A DNA stretch of 64,000 nucleotides from a virus (IMGVR_UViG_3300001598_000052:2768-66767); one strand, 5' to 3'; positions 28,678 to 38,055 are shown, counted from the stretch's first letter. The notes: a model not told the origin generated them from the letters alone. Numbers and translations are program-made.

Positions 28678-29151
28678 ATGGTTAAAACTATATTTTTAGA
28701 CGTAGATGGTGTTCTCGCTGACTTTAGGAAACAATGTGAAAATCACAGTTGTATTAAAGGTAATAAGGTTAACTGGGATGTTATCCGTTCAGCAGGTAGT
28801 AAATTCTGGGAAGAAATCGAATGGACCTCTGAAGGTAAAGCATTTTTTAAATGGATTAAAGATATTTGTAACCAAGAAGATATTGAACTATTCATTTTAA
28901 CTGCTGTACACGGACAAGAAGCAAAAGTCGGTAGATTAAACTGGTTAAAAACAAATATTGGTTTAGATAAACATCATTTAATTATTGTTAACACTGGTAA
29001 AGAAAAAGCGTATTATGCCCAACCAGACGCATTGCTAATTGATGATTTCGGTAAAAATTGTACGGCATTTACTGAAGCTGGTGGACAAGCTATAAAGTTT
29101 ATGGCAATGGACCAAGCAAAGAATGCTATTGAAGAGCTATTAGTTATTTAA
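28678..29151 (+). CDS. HAD-family 5'(3')-deoxyribonucleotidase-like phosphatase
   Basis: IFLDVDGVLADF, FILTA, LLIDD. Confidence 0.85.
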   Translation: MVKTIFLDVDGVLADFRKQCENHSCIKGNKVNWDVIRSAGSKFWEEIEWTSEGKAFFKWIKDICNQEDIELFILTAVHGQEAKVGRLNWLKTNIGLDKHHLIIVNTGKEKAYYAQPDALLIDDFGKNCTAFTEAGGQAIKFMAMDQAKNAIEELLVI

Positions 29152-29171
29152 GTTTATAAAGGACAAAATAA

Positions 29172-29197
29172 AAACCAGGAGTAATCCTGGTTTTTTA
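29172..29197. terminator. Bidirectional terminator
   Basis: AAAAACCAGG-AGTAAT-CCTGGTTTTTT. Confidence 0.75.
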
Positions 29198-29199
29198 TT

Positions 29200-29643
29200 T
29201 TAAAGCATTGGAGTAACTTTCAATTTATTATGCATTTCTTGATTAATAACATTTCTAAATAAGTTACATAACCATGGAGCTGCATCTTCTAATGTATCTC
29301 TAATCATTAATGCCCGCTCCCAACCATCAGTTTCAGTAATTCTAGTATTATCATAACCGAAACTTTCCCAGTCAGTTTTAATTTGCGCTTTTACATCTTC
29401 GCCAAGTTTTTTAATCATACTTGCATCTAATGTAACATTCTTAATGCCAAATTCTTTTTGAATCACTCTCGGTAGAACTTCTGAAGAGATTTCTTTAACT
29501 GGTGTTTCGCGCTGTTCAGTGGCATTTGCATTACCTAACATTGCGCCTAGTGCTAATGCTCCAACACCTAATGCTCGTCCAAATCTTCCTTCAACAATAT
29601 AACCATTGTCTTCAAGGATTGCTTTTGCTTCTAATAGTGTCAT
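29200..29643 (-). CDS. Late protein: N-terminal motif followed by a signal-peptide-like hydrophobic stretch
   Basis: MTLLEAKAILEDNGYIVE-GRFGRALGVGALALGAMLGNANA. Confidence 0.75.
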   Translation of the reverse strand: MTLLEAKAILEDNGYIVEGRFGRALGVGALALGAMLGNANATEQRETPVKEISSEVLPRVIQKEFGIKNVTLDASMIKKLGEDVKAQIKTDWESFGYDNTRITETDGWERALMIRDTLEDAAPWLCNLFRNVINQEMHNKLKVTPML

Positions 29644-29659
29644 TTTATTACCTCTGAAT

Positions 29660-29671
29660 TATTTATAAATA
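29660..29671. promoter_or_regulatory. Palindromic bidirectional late promoter TATTTATAAATA
   Basis: Between divergent genes 29643(-) and 29679(+). Confidence 0.7.
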
Positions 29672-29678
29672 ATTTGAT

Positions 29679-30527
29679 ATGGCAAGAGATTATGCATCAG
29701 AATTTACGCGCTTATTTGGCGGTGGTTGTTCAGTTCAAAATAAGGACTGGAGTAAAGAAAAATATTTTGATTCGAAAAATAATGACTGCTATGCTGCTGA
29801 AGCAGCATTAATGTCATCATTGACATCTGAAGCGTATTCTAATTTTGGTATTGAAGTTCAATATTACATTAAGAAAATAGATACTAAAGCTGATAGACTA
29901 TACGGCGAAGACCCATTAGAAAATGTAGAACGCAGATTTGTGTTAAAAATGTACGCTGATTCTGTTCCAGCATTACAAAAGAACTATACTATTCAAGGAA
30001 TTGAATACCAAGAAATTTTAACTTGCCAATGTACTATACAGCATTTTATAGAAGCATCTCAATTAGAATGGGGAACTAACAAACAAAAATATAATGCGGC
30101 GGTTCCAAAAATCGGGGATATAGTTTATGTAGAATATTCTGGAATGTTCTACGAAATTATTAATGTTAAAGCATTTGCTGAAGGAAGTACATTCTTATCT
30201 AGTCCCATTACATATACATTTACATTACGTGTATGGCGTAATTCTCATGAATGGGTTGATGCTCCGAATCTAAATACTGATAACATGGATGAATTAAGAA
30301 AATATGTTGAACTTGATGAAACATTTGACCTTGATTCATCTCCAACAATCGAAAAAGTAGGTCATGTTGGCGTTGATAGCGATATGTTAGAAATGAACAA
30401 AGATTTACCCAAAGATGTAGATAAAAAGAACGAACCGACAGATAATGTCAATTCGTTCGTTGAATACAAGTATCCTGAAGCTAAAAAAGATAATCCAAAG
30501 TATTATGATCCATTTGACGGATGGTAG
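29679..30527 (+). CDS. Neck protein (T4 gp14-like), paralog A
   Basis: FGIEVQYYIKKI...LYGEDPL...PKIGDIVY...YEIINV...YTFTL; ends YYDPFDGW. Confidence 0.75.
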   Translation: MARDYASEFTRLFGGGCSVQNKDWSKEKYFDSKNNDCYAAEAALMSSLTSEAYSNFGIEVQYYIKKIDTKADRLYGEDPLENVERRFVLKMYADSVPALQKNYTIQGIEYQEILTCQCTIQHFIEASQLEWGTNKQKYNAAVPKIGDIVYVEYSGMFYEIINVKAFAEGSTFLSSPITYTFTLRVWRNSHEWVDAPNLNTDNMDELRKYVELDETFDLDSSPTIEKVGHVGVDSDMLEMNKDLPKDVDKKNEPTDNVNSFVEYKYPEAKKDNPKYYDPFDGW

Positions 30528-31223
30528 TTATTTGTTTATAGGCGTAACAACGTCATATGGTTTGTACTCCCAGATATCACTATGGTATACTAGTTTACAT
30601 TTTAGTATATCTTCAGAGTTATAATCTAACGCACCTTCAAAATTCATAGACTTTAATACACAATTTTCAAATGTGTATTCAGATGTAAACTCTACTAAAC
30701 CTTGATTTTCTTTATCGTCATCGTTTACTTTTTTACCATCAGTATAAGATTTTTTAGTAAAGCCAGTTTTATCTTTTAGTCTTATGACTATTTTTTCTAA
30801 GTCAGTATATCTCCAAGTATCACCACCTTTCTTCTGATATGGTTCAATTTCAGGATGGATTGGATATAATATTGATTTATTTTGTGCTTGCTGATAATTT
30901 TCATTTTTTGAACGTAAATATCTAGCATTAATATGTGCTAATCTAAATAATTCTCTATTATCAGCCCATTCTGTTCTTAATGTAAAAAGTAATTCAATAT
31001 CTGTACCGTATTTTCTTAATACTGGGAAAGTCTTTTCAGAACCAAAATATTGTTTAGTTACTGTTTCAGTTTCAAACGATGGTAACGTTGCAGATTCAGC
31101 TAATAAATGGCTAGTTTCTACTAATGATACACCATTACGTTTAAAAAAGAAAACATGAAATAACCAACCAGGTTGAGGGTCAGAAAAGTTAAATACGTTT
31201 GTATTAACAAATATGCTTTGCAT
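30528..31223 (-). CDS. Tail-tube-like or baseplate-tube junction protein (gp19/gp54 family)
   Basis: LAESATLPSFETE...YFGSEKTFP...IELLF...YTFENC.L..LDY...FxY pattern. Confidence 0.6.
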   Translation of the reverse strand: MQSIFVNTNVFNFSDPQPGWLFHVFFFKRNGVSLVETSHLLAESATLPSFETETVTKQYFGSEKTFPVLRKYGTDIELLFTLRTEWADNRELFRLAHINARYLRSKNENYQQAQNKSILYPIHPEIEPYQKKGGDTWRYTDLEKIVIRLKDKTGFTKKSYTDGKKVNDDDKENQGLVEFTSEYTFENCVLKSMNFEGALDYNSEDILKCKLVYHSDIWEYKPYDVVTPINK

Positions 31224-31969
31224 TATTCACCTCCGGTTGGTGCAAGGTAATTAGCGTTTCTATTATCATACATTACGTTATATTCCATCCAGTCATATAT
31301 GAAAGTTGCATTTCTTGTGATAGTATCAGTTGATTCATAACTAAATTCTATACCTTCAGTACCAATATATTGGCAATTATAAAATTTATACTGTTTGTAA
31401 CAACTTTCAGGCTCGTTATTATTTAGTGTAATTTGTGGGTCGAAAATTTGAACAGAAATAATACCGTGACGTAAATTTACGTAATTTCTATCGTCTTGCT
31501 CATTAATTTCAGTAATTGTATCATCTGAAATCATTTCTCTAGCATATGGAACTGGTATTTCTTCATTATTATCAAAAAAATATTTCTTACTATTACCAAA
31601 AACGGAATAAAGTTTTTCAAGAATATTAGTTACATCATATCCTGAATTTTCATTAAATCGTACAGTAAATTGACCACCATTATCAACACGTGTTAATTTT
31701 TTGAACGATAAACCACCATAAAATAAATCGGTTGATTCAATTTTTCTTTCACCTACGCTTATACTAACTGCTGCTTTTGATAATATATCCATATCACCAT
31801 TTGTAATATACTTCACAGGATAATTAGCATCATTTAAAATATTAAATCCAACGAAGTCAGAAAAATTAATCTTAAACGTCCATGCTAAAGCTGGAGGGGT
31901 ATTATAAAAATCATTATCCCATATAGAACGTATATTACCAGTTTTATTTAATCGACTATTTACTGCCAT
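31223..31969 (-). CDS. Tail-tube-like protein (gp19/gp54 family)
   Basis: FYGGLSFKKL...FTVRFNE...YKFYNCQY...FSYESTD...ATFIYDW. Confidence 0.6.
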   Translation of the reverse strand: MAVNSRLNKTGNIRSIWDNDFYNTPPALAWTFKINFSDFVGFNILNDANYPVKYITNGDMDILSKAAVSISVGERKIESTDLFYGGLSFKKLTRVDNGGQFTVRFNENSGYDVTNILEKLYSVFGNSKKYFFDNNEEIPVPYAREMISDDTITEINEQDDRNYVNLRHGIISVQIFDPQITLNNNEPESCYKQYKFYNCQYIGTEGIEFSYESTDTITRNATFIYDWMEYNVMYDNRNANYLAPTGGE

Positions 31970-31994
31970 GTTATATTTATAATAACATTAGTTA

Positions 31995-32412
31995 TCCAGC
32001 GCAATGCGCTGATGTTTGCGATGCAAACATAGTTTATTGGCGAAGCCAATCTGGCGTTGCCAGGCTAAGTAAGATATTGAATTTATGTATAAATTTACAA
32101 GTAAATTTAAATCCAATAAAGCCTATAAGACTAATTGGAAAAATCCAACGTGGAATTTACATGTGAGCTTACGGGTTGGTCATCCTGTACTCCGGCTACA
32201 TCTCACAATACCAATGGCGGCTGAGTGTATTTTTTGCTAGAAAATACTTCAATAGTGTTTCGTTATCAGTGACAGCTATTAGCGTTTAACTGGTCATAGC
32301 ATTTGCCTGATCATAATGTAAGACTACCACTTCTAGTCTTAAACGGCCAAAGACATGCCGACAGCTTTAATTCACTTCGTTCCTGTAACTCTGGTCTTAA
32401 ATGTACTGAGTT
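31995..32412 (-). ncRNA. Putative structured non-coding RNA or origin element (~420 nt)
   Basis: ORF-free and GC-richer than flanks; many stems; preceded by TTAGCA-N17-TATATT (32443-32415); ends in four abutting triloop hairpins. Confidence 0.5.
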
Positions 32413-32473
32413 CAAATATAAGAAATGTTTTTTAAAATGCTAACAGAAATTAGCATTTATTTTTGATTTTTTC

Positions 32474-32830
32474 TTAACATGATATAAATGCTTCACATTG
32501 AAATGCATTTTCAAGTACTGTACCTTGCGAAATAATAGGTGTTAATTTTATTTGGCAAGAAAATTTCTTAGACTTTAAATACCTTATTGCTATAAGTTTA
32601 TGACGTGGCATGATTTTTCTAAAAACTGTAGCGACATACGGCTGAATTTTAAAATACGGCAGTCGACCTACATATATACGAGAGTTATAAATCTTATATT
32701 CTGAATTTTCTGTATTTGAATCTAAATATGAAATTATTTCATTAATTAACGAAATAGCTTTTGGCTTCCAAATTTCTTTAGCAGTTGTAATCTCTGCTGG
32801 TAATTTTTGACTAAATGTACCAATATCCAT
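32474..32830 (-). CDS. Hypothetical protein (118 aa)
   Basis: ORF track; RBS AAGGA; terminator-like hairpin at 32436-32458. Confidence 0.65.
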   Translation of the reverse strand: MDIGTFSQKLPAEITTAKEIWKPKAISLINEIISYLDSNTENSEYKIYNSRIYVGRLPYFKIQPYVATVFRKIMPRHKLIAIRYLKSKKFSCQIKLTPIISQGTVLENAFQCEAFISC

Positions 32831-32866
32831 ATTATTCCTTTATTGGTTTAAAGATATAAATATAGT

Positions 32867-34024
32867 ATGAATTTAAAAACCGCATTAAAAATTTTGAAAG
32901 AAAATCTGTATATTGTAGAATCGGACAAATTTGCAGAATATGACCAGAAAACAGTTGGAAATTATGCAGAATTAAGAAAGAAAAACCGTGAAGCTATGAC
33001 AGCTAAGAAAAGTGGTTTTAATGACCCGAAGCGTTATAATGATTGTGAAGGTAGTAAATGGCTAAATGTTAACAGTAAGGATTATAATACGATTGCCATG
33101 GCTGCATTAGATGGTTGGACAGATACTGGACGTGGCGATGATAATGCATATGCTTCAATTAAATCTGCAGAAGATTTAGCAGCATATATGAAGAAAGACC
33201 CAAGGTTTGATGATAGACTTAATTCTAAAGAAGTACGTCAAGGTAATTATGATGATAGTTTTATCGATTATGTTGGAATTTGGCCGTTTTTAAAACAGTT
33301 CATGGGTAAAGGCAAAATTAAGGTCTATAGAGGTGTTACACTTAGTAGTGATATGATTAAATCCATGTTAGCTAAGGACAAGTATGCTTTATCAAATAAA
33401 GAACATTTAATTAAAGCATTAGCTAATGAAAATAAAGAATTTAACTCATACAGTGTAGACTATTCGATTGCTCAAAATTTTTCAGGTATGACTGCATATA
33501 ATGACCCATACTTTGTGATACTTGAAGGTGAAGCTGATAATAAAGATATCAATTGGGCATTTACTGCATACTTATTTGCACGTCATGGTTCGACAGTTGA
33601 AAGTGAATTAAATATTAATAATAGTAAACCATTAAGTAACTTAAAGATTAAAAATTGCAGATTACCAAAACAACGCTGGGAACTTGAATATGATGCAGTA
33701 AAGCGTTTCCAAGATTTTTGTTGGTGTAAAGTTAAAGATGAAGAAGATATTGTATTAGTCAAACCAAACGGTGAGAGCTTAACTGATGACACTTATGATG
33801 ATATCCTTGGAGGAAGCGATAGAGGTTGGATTTGTGTATCAGCAGGATATAAAGGTTTTAATTTTGTTAACGTAGAAACCGGTGAATATATTTCTGATAA
33901 ATGGTTTGATACAGCATCACCATTTTGGGATGACTGTGAATACACGGATGTAACTAATAATAATAAGTATTATAGACTATATGATGATGGTCATTTAGAA
34001 GAAAAAGATGACAATGATTTTTAA
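32867..34024 (+). CDS. Putative ADP-ribosyltransferase (R-S-E type) with N-terminal motif and WG-repeat-like C-terminus
   Basis: KVYRGV...NSYSVDYSIAQNF...VILEG...VESELNI; C-terminal KGFNFVNVETGEYISDKWFDTASPF. Confidence 0.55.
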   Translation: MNLKTALKILKENLYIVESDKFAEYDQKTVGNYAELRKKNREAMTAKKSGFNDPKRYNDCEGSKWLNVNSKDYNTIAMAALDGWTDTGRGDDNAYASIKSAEDLAAYMKKDPRFDDRLNSKEVRQGNYDDSFIDYVGIWPFLKQFMGKGKIKVYRGVTLSSDMIKSMLAKDKYALSNKEHLIKALANENKEFNSYSVDYSIAQNFSGMTAYNDPYFVILEGEADNKDINWAFTAYLFARHGSTVESELNINNSKPLSNLKIKNCRLPKQRWELEYDAVKRFQDFCWCKVKDEEDIVLVKPNGESLTDDTYDDILGGSDRGWICVSAGYKGFNFVNVETGEYISDKWFDTASPFWDDCEYTDVTNNNKYYRLYDDGHLEEKDDNDF

Positions 34025-34038
34025 TTAACAGGGAAATA

Positions 34039-35139
34039 ATGTTAACATCAAATTTTAAAGATTACACAATGTTACTTGAGGGTGGTAACGCCCATACAAA
34101 AGATGGCGACTATGCAGCTAAGGTAAAACTCGTAGAGTTTTCACCAGAACAGTATGAAGCTTATAAAAACGATATTAAGAAACTATTAAAGGAATTATCC
34201 AAATCGTTTCAAGAATATGCAGGTGTTAAACTTTGGACAGACCAGCAGATTGAAACCGGCAGTGTTATTTCAGGTTCCAGTCATGCATTTATGACAGTTG
34301 ACCGTGAACGTTTTATTAAGGTTAAACCAGTTATAGGTGACATGGATACACAAATTAATGGTATCTATAAAGATAAAGTTATTGAATGGCTTGAGTCAGT
34401 AATTGGCCAGGAATTTAACGGGTTCAAATATCTTGGTAGTATGAAATTCGGTGATGTATATAATATTTTCAAAGCACCAGCCAAGTATAATCCTATAGCA
34501 ACAAATATTCAGATTGACTTTAAATTTTCTGAATTTGAAAATGATGAACCATCTGAATGGGATAGATTTGTAAATGTAACCCAGTGGGAAGATTTGGAAC
34601 TTAGTATTAAGGGTTTGGCGAAGAACCAGTTGATACCATGTATCTACCGTACCATATTCTTCCGTAAAGGCGTCGTATTCCAACCTAAGCATGATAAGCC
34701 TAGAAAGACCCAGTCCTCAACATTAAACGTCCCAGAACGCATCTTTAGCGCAAAATATGGTTCACGTTCTAAGTTTAATCCAGTTAGAGATGCAGAAGGT
34801 AATCATGTACATCACGAAGATTTACCAGCATTTAGAGAGATTCCAACAACAGATTCTACATTCATTAGAAATGTACCTGGTGTATTTAAAGAAATGTTTG
34901 GTCATGAACCTGATGAAACAGAACGCAAGATGTTTAAGACTTATGTTGGTTTGTTAAAATTAATGAAAGCAAACATTAAGGATCATAAAGTAATTCAAGA
35001 CATTTATGCAAGATATTATACCCGCTTACCAGGACAGGTTCCAGAAGAAGAACGTGACGTACTTTTACCAATAATTAATAAATTTAAAGAAGTATTTCCG
35101 TTTGTTGTGGATCCTGAACCACAAGATGAAATTGAATAA
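34039..35139 (+). CDS. Putative Pol-beta-superfamily nucleotidyltransferase-like phage protein
   Basis: LLEGGNA start; ISGSS...IGDMD...IQIDF. Confidence 0.5.
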   Translation: MLTSNFKDYTMLLEGGNAHTKDGDYAAKVKLVEFSPEQYEAYKNDIKKLLKELSKSFQEYAGVKLWTDQQIETGSVISGSSHAFMTVDRERFIKVKPVIGDMDTQINGIYKDKVIEWLESVIGQEFNGFKYLGSMKFGDVYNIFKAPAKYNPIATNIQIDFKFSEFENDEPSEWDRFVNVTQWEDLELSIKGLAKNQLIPCIYRTIFFRKGVVFQPKHDKPRKTQSSTLNVPERIFSAKYGSRSKFNPVRDAEGNHVHHEDLPAFREIPTTDSTFIRNVPGVFKEMFGHEPDETERKMFKTYVGLLKLMKANIKDHKVIQDIYARYYTRLPGQVPEEERDVLLPIINKFKEVFPFVVDPEPQDEIE

Positions 35140-35144
35140 AGGAG

Positions 35145-35170
35145 AAAACCTGAGTAAATACTCAGGTTTT
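35145..35170. terminator. Bidirectional terminator
   Basis: AAAACCTGAGTA-A-ATACTCAGGTTTT. Confidence 0.75.
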
Positions 35171-35175
35171 GTTAT

Positions 35176-36993
35176 TTAAATTAAGATTATTTTTTCACTA
35201 TTTAAACTAAAATGTGATTTATTATTTATTGTTTCTACAATTTTATTTTTATATTTTATTGTATCATCAACAACAAATAGGTATTTTTTACATTTAAAAT
35301 GTTCTAAACAAATATCAATCCATTGATCACATGATAAATTTTCTGTTTCTTTAGTCCAGATTTCTTTATCATTATACGGTGAACATGTAAATAAGCACTC
35401 ATATTCACCATAACTGTCAAGAATATTTTTACAAGTTAAGTTAGCGTTTAGGTTTAGAAAAGATTTTAAAAGGTTTGATTCTGAAATTGTAGTCTCGTTA
35501 ATATCTTGTCCAATATAATTTTTATTTAATGCACAACAACCAAGCATACGACCACTAAATCCAGAAAATGGATCAAATATTGTTTGGTAATTATTTAGAT
35601 ATTTTTTAATTAAATATTTAGCGATATTTGGATTAAATAGTGAAATTTTTGGTGCGATTTTACATATATTAAAACCATTTAAAACATTTTGCGAAGATAA
35701 AATTGATTTGTAAATAAATCTATTTTCTATACATTTTTTAAGTAAATCTTTATTATACCATGCATCATATGGACTTGGTTTATTTTTTAAATGACAATGC
35801 CAAATACTTTTATGAAAATTTGTAATTAATGAATATGTTAATGTAGCTTTAATATTATCAAATTTACATAAACGCTCATAATCTTTTAACATTCGTTTTT
35901 CTGAATAAGTTGGGTATGGAAATGGAATATTACAAGAATCAATAATTTTTTGAATAAATTGATTATAATCGATTCCAAGGAGTTTTATTGTTTCTTTTAT
36001 CCCATCATCAATTTGTTTACTATCAATGGTTAAAAATTTTATATTGTCATTTATTTTGTAGAACCTATTAAAATCTTGTTCTCCACGTACATGTTTTCCG
36101 TCACTATCATTTAAAAGACCATGATTATATTCACCATCAATTTCAATTAATATATCAAGAGTATTATTTTTAAATATAGCAAAATCCCAATGTTTTTTAT
36201 TTAATACATAATTATATTTAAATTCTATATGCCTATTTTTTAACATTTCCGCGAATTTTTTTTCAGCTTTACTTAAATAACCGTCATTTTTTTCTAATCT
36301 AGATTGTAATGTTTTATTATAATTATCTGGATTAGATGCCCAGTTTTCATAACCATATCTAACTAAGTTAGTTTGTTTTGATTTTTCAGCCATTTCTTCA
36401 GTCCAATAAGAACCATTATTTTTCACACGAGAATTGATACGTTTTTCTATAATATCAGTGTCTTTAGAAATTTCTGATAATTTTTTCTTATGTTCGTCAG
36501 ATATATATACACCGTTATTATTTTTAATCCTAGTTTCGATTCTTTGTTTTTCAAGGGATTTATCATTATGCACAATCATATTACAAAACATTATATTTGT
36601 ATTATGTTCATTATTATAAGTTTCTAATGATTTATTAGCCAATTCTTTTACTGCAAATCCAATGCCACCATATTTTTCAATACTTGTATTTTTTACTCGT
36701 TGTTTTGATTCTGGATTATACATGTTATGTTCATAACCCGTTCTTTCTTTATATGTTTCTTTAGCTTTAGTAATAATTCGTTTATCAGCAAGTTCACATT
36801 TAGCATTGCAATAATGTTGATAACCATGACTTAAATCATAAAATTTAATCGGGCTTCCACAAGTGAAACAAAAACCTTCACCTTCTTGCTTTAAGTATGT
36901 ATCATAGTATTCTTTATGTGTTATATCTTTATGACTATAATTTAAATGTAAACCCAAGTGTTTAAATTCTTTTTTACATATTTCGCATTTCAT
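35176..36993 (-). CDS. Fusion of Zn-finger/repeat DNA-binding region, DUF559/Vsr-like endonuclease and amino-DNA methyltransferase-like domain
   Basis: CEIC..H..H and CFTC..C..C; SKAEKKF...WDF...IEIDGEYNH; FDPFSGFSGR...IGQDIN...FTCSPY. Confidence 0.7.
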   Translation of the reverse strand: MKCEICKKEFKHLGLHLNYSHKDITHKEYYDTYLKQEGEGFCFTCGSPIKFYDLSHGYQHYCNAKCELADKRIITKAKETYKERTGYEHNMYNPESKQRVKNTSIEKYGGIGFAVKELANKSLETYNNEHNTNIMFCNMIVHNDKSLEKQRIETRIKNNNGVYISDEHKKKLSEISKDTDIIEKRINSRVKNNGSYWTEEMAEKSKQTNLVRYGYENWASNPDNYNKTLQSRLEKNDGYLSKAEKKFAEMLKNRHIEFKYNYVLNKKHWDFAIFKNNTLDILIEIDGEYNHGLLNDSDGKHVRGEQDFNRFYKINDNIKFLTIDSKQIDDGIKETIKLLGIDYNQFIQKIIDSCNIPFPYPTYSEKRMLKDYERLCKFDNIKATLTYSLITNFHKSIWHCHLKNKPSPYDAWYNKDLLKKCIENRFIYKSILSSQNVLNGFNICKIAPKISLFNPNIAKYLIKKYLNNYQTIFDPFSGFSGRMLGCCALNKNYIGQDINETTISESNLLKSFLNLNANLTCKNILDSYGEYECLFTCSPYNDKEIWTKETENLSCDQWIDICLEHFKCKKYLFVVDDTIKYKNKIVETINNKSHFSLNSEKIILI

Positions 36994-37104
36994 AATTTTT
37001 AACCTTTAATTTAAAATAAAATATAGTAATTAATTTATAATAAAAATAAAATGCAGATTTTTATCTGCATTTATTTATAGCGTTTAATGAACCGCCATCA
37101 GTTA

Positions 37105-38055
37105 TTATGAAATATAGAATTCACCGTTTGGAGATTCAAGCCTGATATTTTCCAAGCAATAATCGTATTCTTCTTTGTAACTAGAATAAAGTGAATCACC
37201 ATTTAGTGTTCCACCACCAGCAATTGTAAGAGAATATTTGCGTAATGCATTTGTCCAAACCATACCTGCTCTAGCGACAACAAGTTTTCTAAACATAATA
37301 TCATTAAATATTTTTACAGAGCGTTGCCGTTTATAAACTTCCATTATTCCACGACAAGGATGTCTTGGTGTTGGCCAAATTGATAGTTCTTTTTCTTTAT
37401 CATTATAACGGACTTGATAAGATTCGCCAAATTCAATCTTTGCTTGTTCAAGCCATTGTAGTGCTGCATTCCAAGAACCTAAGATATCACCAAAACCAGC
37501 ACTATTACCATAACAAGATCCACGGAAGATTGAAGATGCATTCATACTCATTACAGAATCATACAATGCATTATGTGGTAATGTAAATAGTTCATTTATA
37601 TCACCTAGCCAGTTAGCAGTTTGGAAGTCAACAACGCTTTCAAGTTCTTGACAGATTTTATAATGAGTCATACCCGGAACTAAATCTAATACTAGATAAT
37701 CTCTATAATTACCTACTCTAAAATAATAACGTTGAATATATCTTACACAGTCGCCAATAATATAGTTTAGCTGTTCGTCTGAAATTTCAATACAGATAAC
37801 TGGAGAACCTAACATCATCTTGATATAGTTTCTCATTTGAGCCATATTTTGAATCATTGTTGATTCAAGAACCGGATCTATTTGACACGGCTGCGGTCTT
37901 GGCGGCATTGGAGGTCTTGGACCAGGATGAGGTGGTCTAGGACCAGGCTGCGGTGGAAAGCTTGGATTTACACCTGGAGGAGGCATTGGAGGTCTGTACT
38001 GTGGCATTGGGTCACCAGCTGGACCATTAAAATTCATCGGGTCTTTTGTATCCAT
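37105..38055 (-). CDS. Neck protein (T4 gp13-like) with Pro-rich N-terminal extension
   Basis: YIKMMLGSPVICIEISDEQL...; VWTNALRKYS...GGGTLNGD.LY. Confidence 0.8.
   Translation of the reverse strand: MDTKDPMNFNGPAGDPMPQYRPPMPPPGVNPSFPPQPGPRPPHPGPRPPMPPRPQPCQIDPVLESTMIQNMAQMRNYIKMMLGSPVICIEISDEQLNYIIGDCVRYIQRYYFRVGNYRDYLVLDLVPGMTHYKICQELESVVDFQTANWLGDINELFTLPHNALYDSVMSMNASSIFRGSCYGNSAGFGDILGSWNAALQWLEQAKIEFGESYQVRYNDKEKELSIWPTPRHPCRGIMEVYKRQRSVKIFNDIMFRKLVVARAGMVWTNALRKYSLTIAGGGTLNGDSLYSSYKEEYDYCLENIRLESPNGEFYIS

Noticed and set aside
31995-32412. tRNA, tmRNA, RNase P, group I/II intron or IS200/IS605 end
   Set aside because: No cloverleaf or CCA end, no GAGGAAAGUCC core, no intron P7 or domain V pattern, flanking genes are intact, and no transposase or TnpB is nearby
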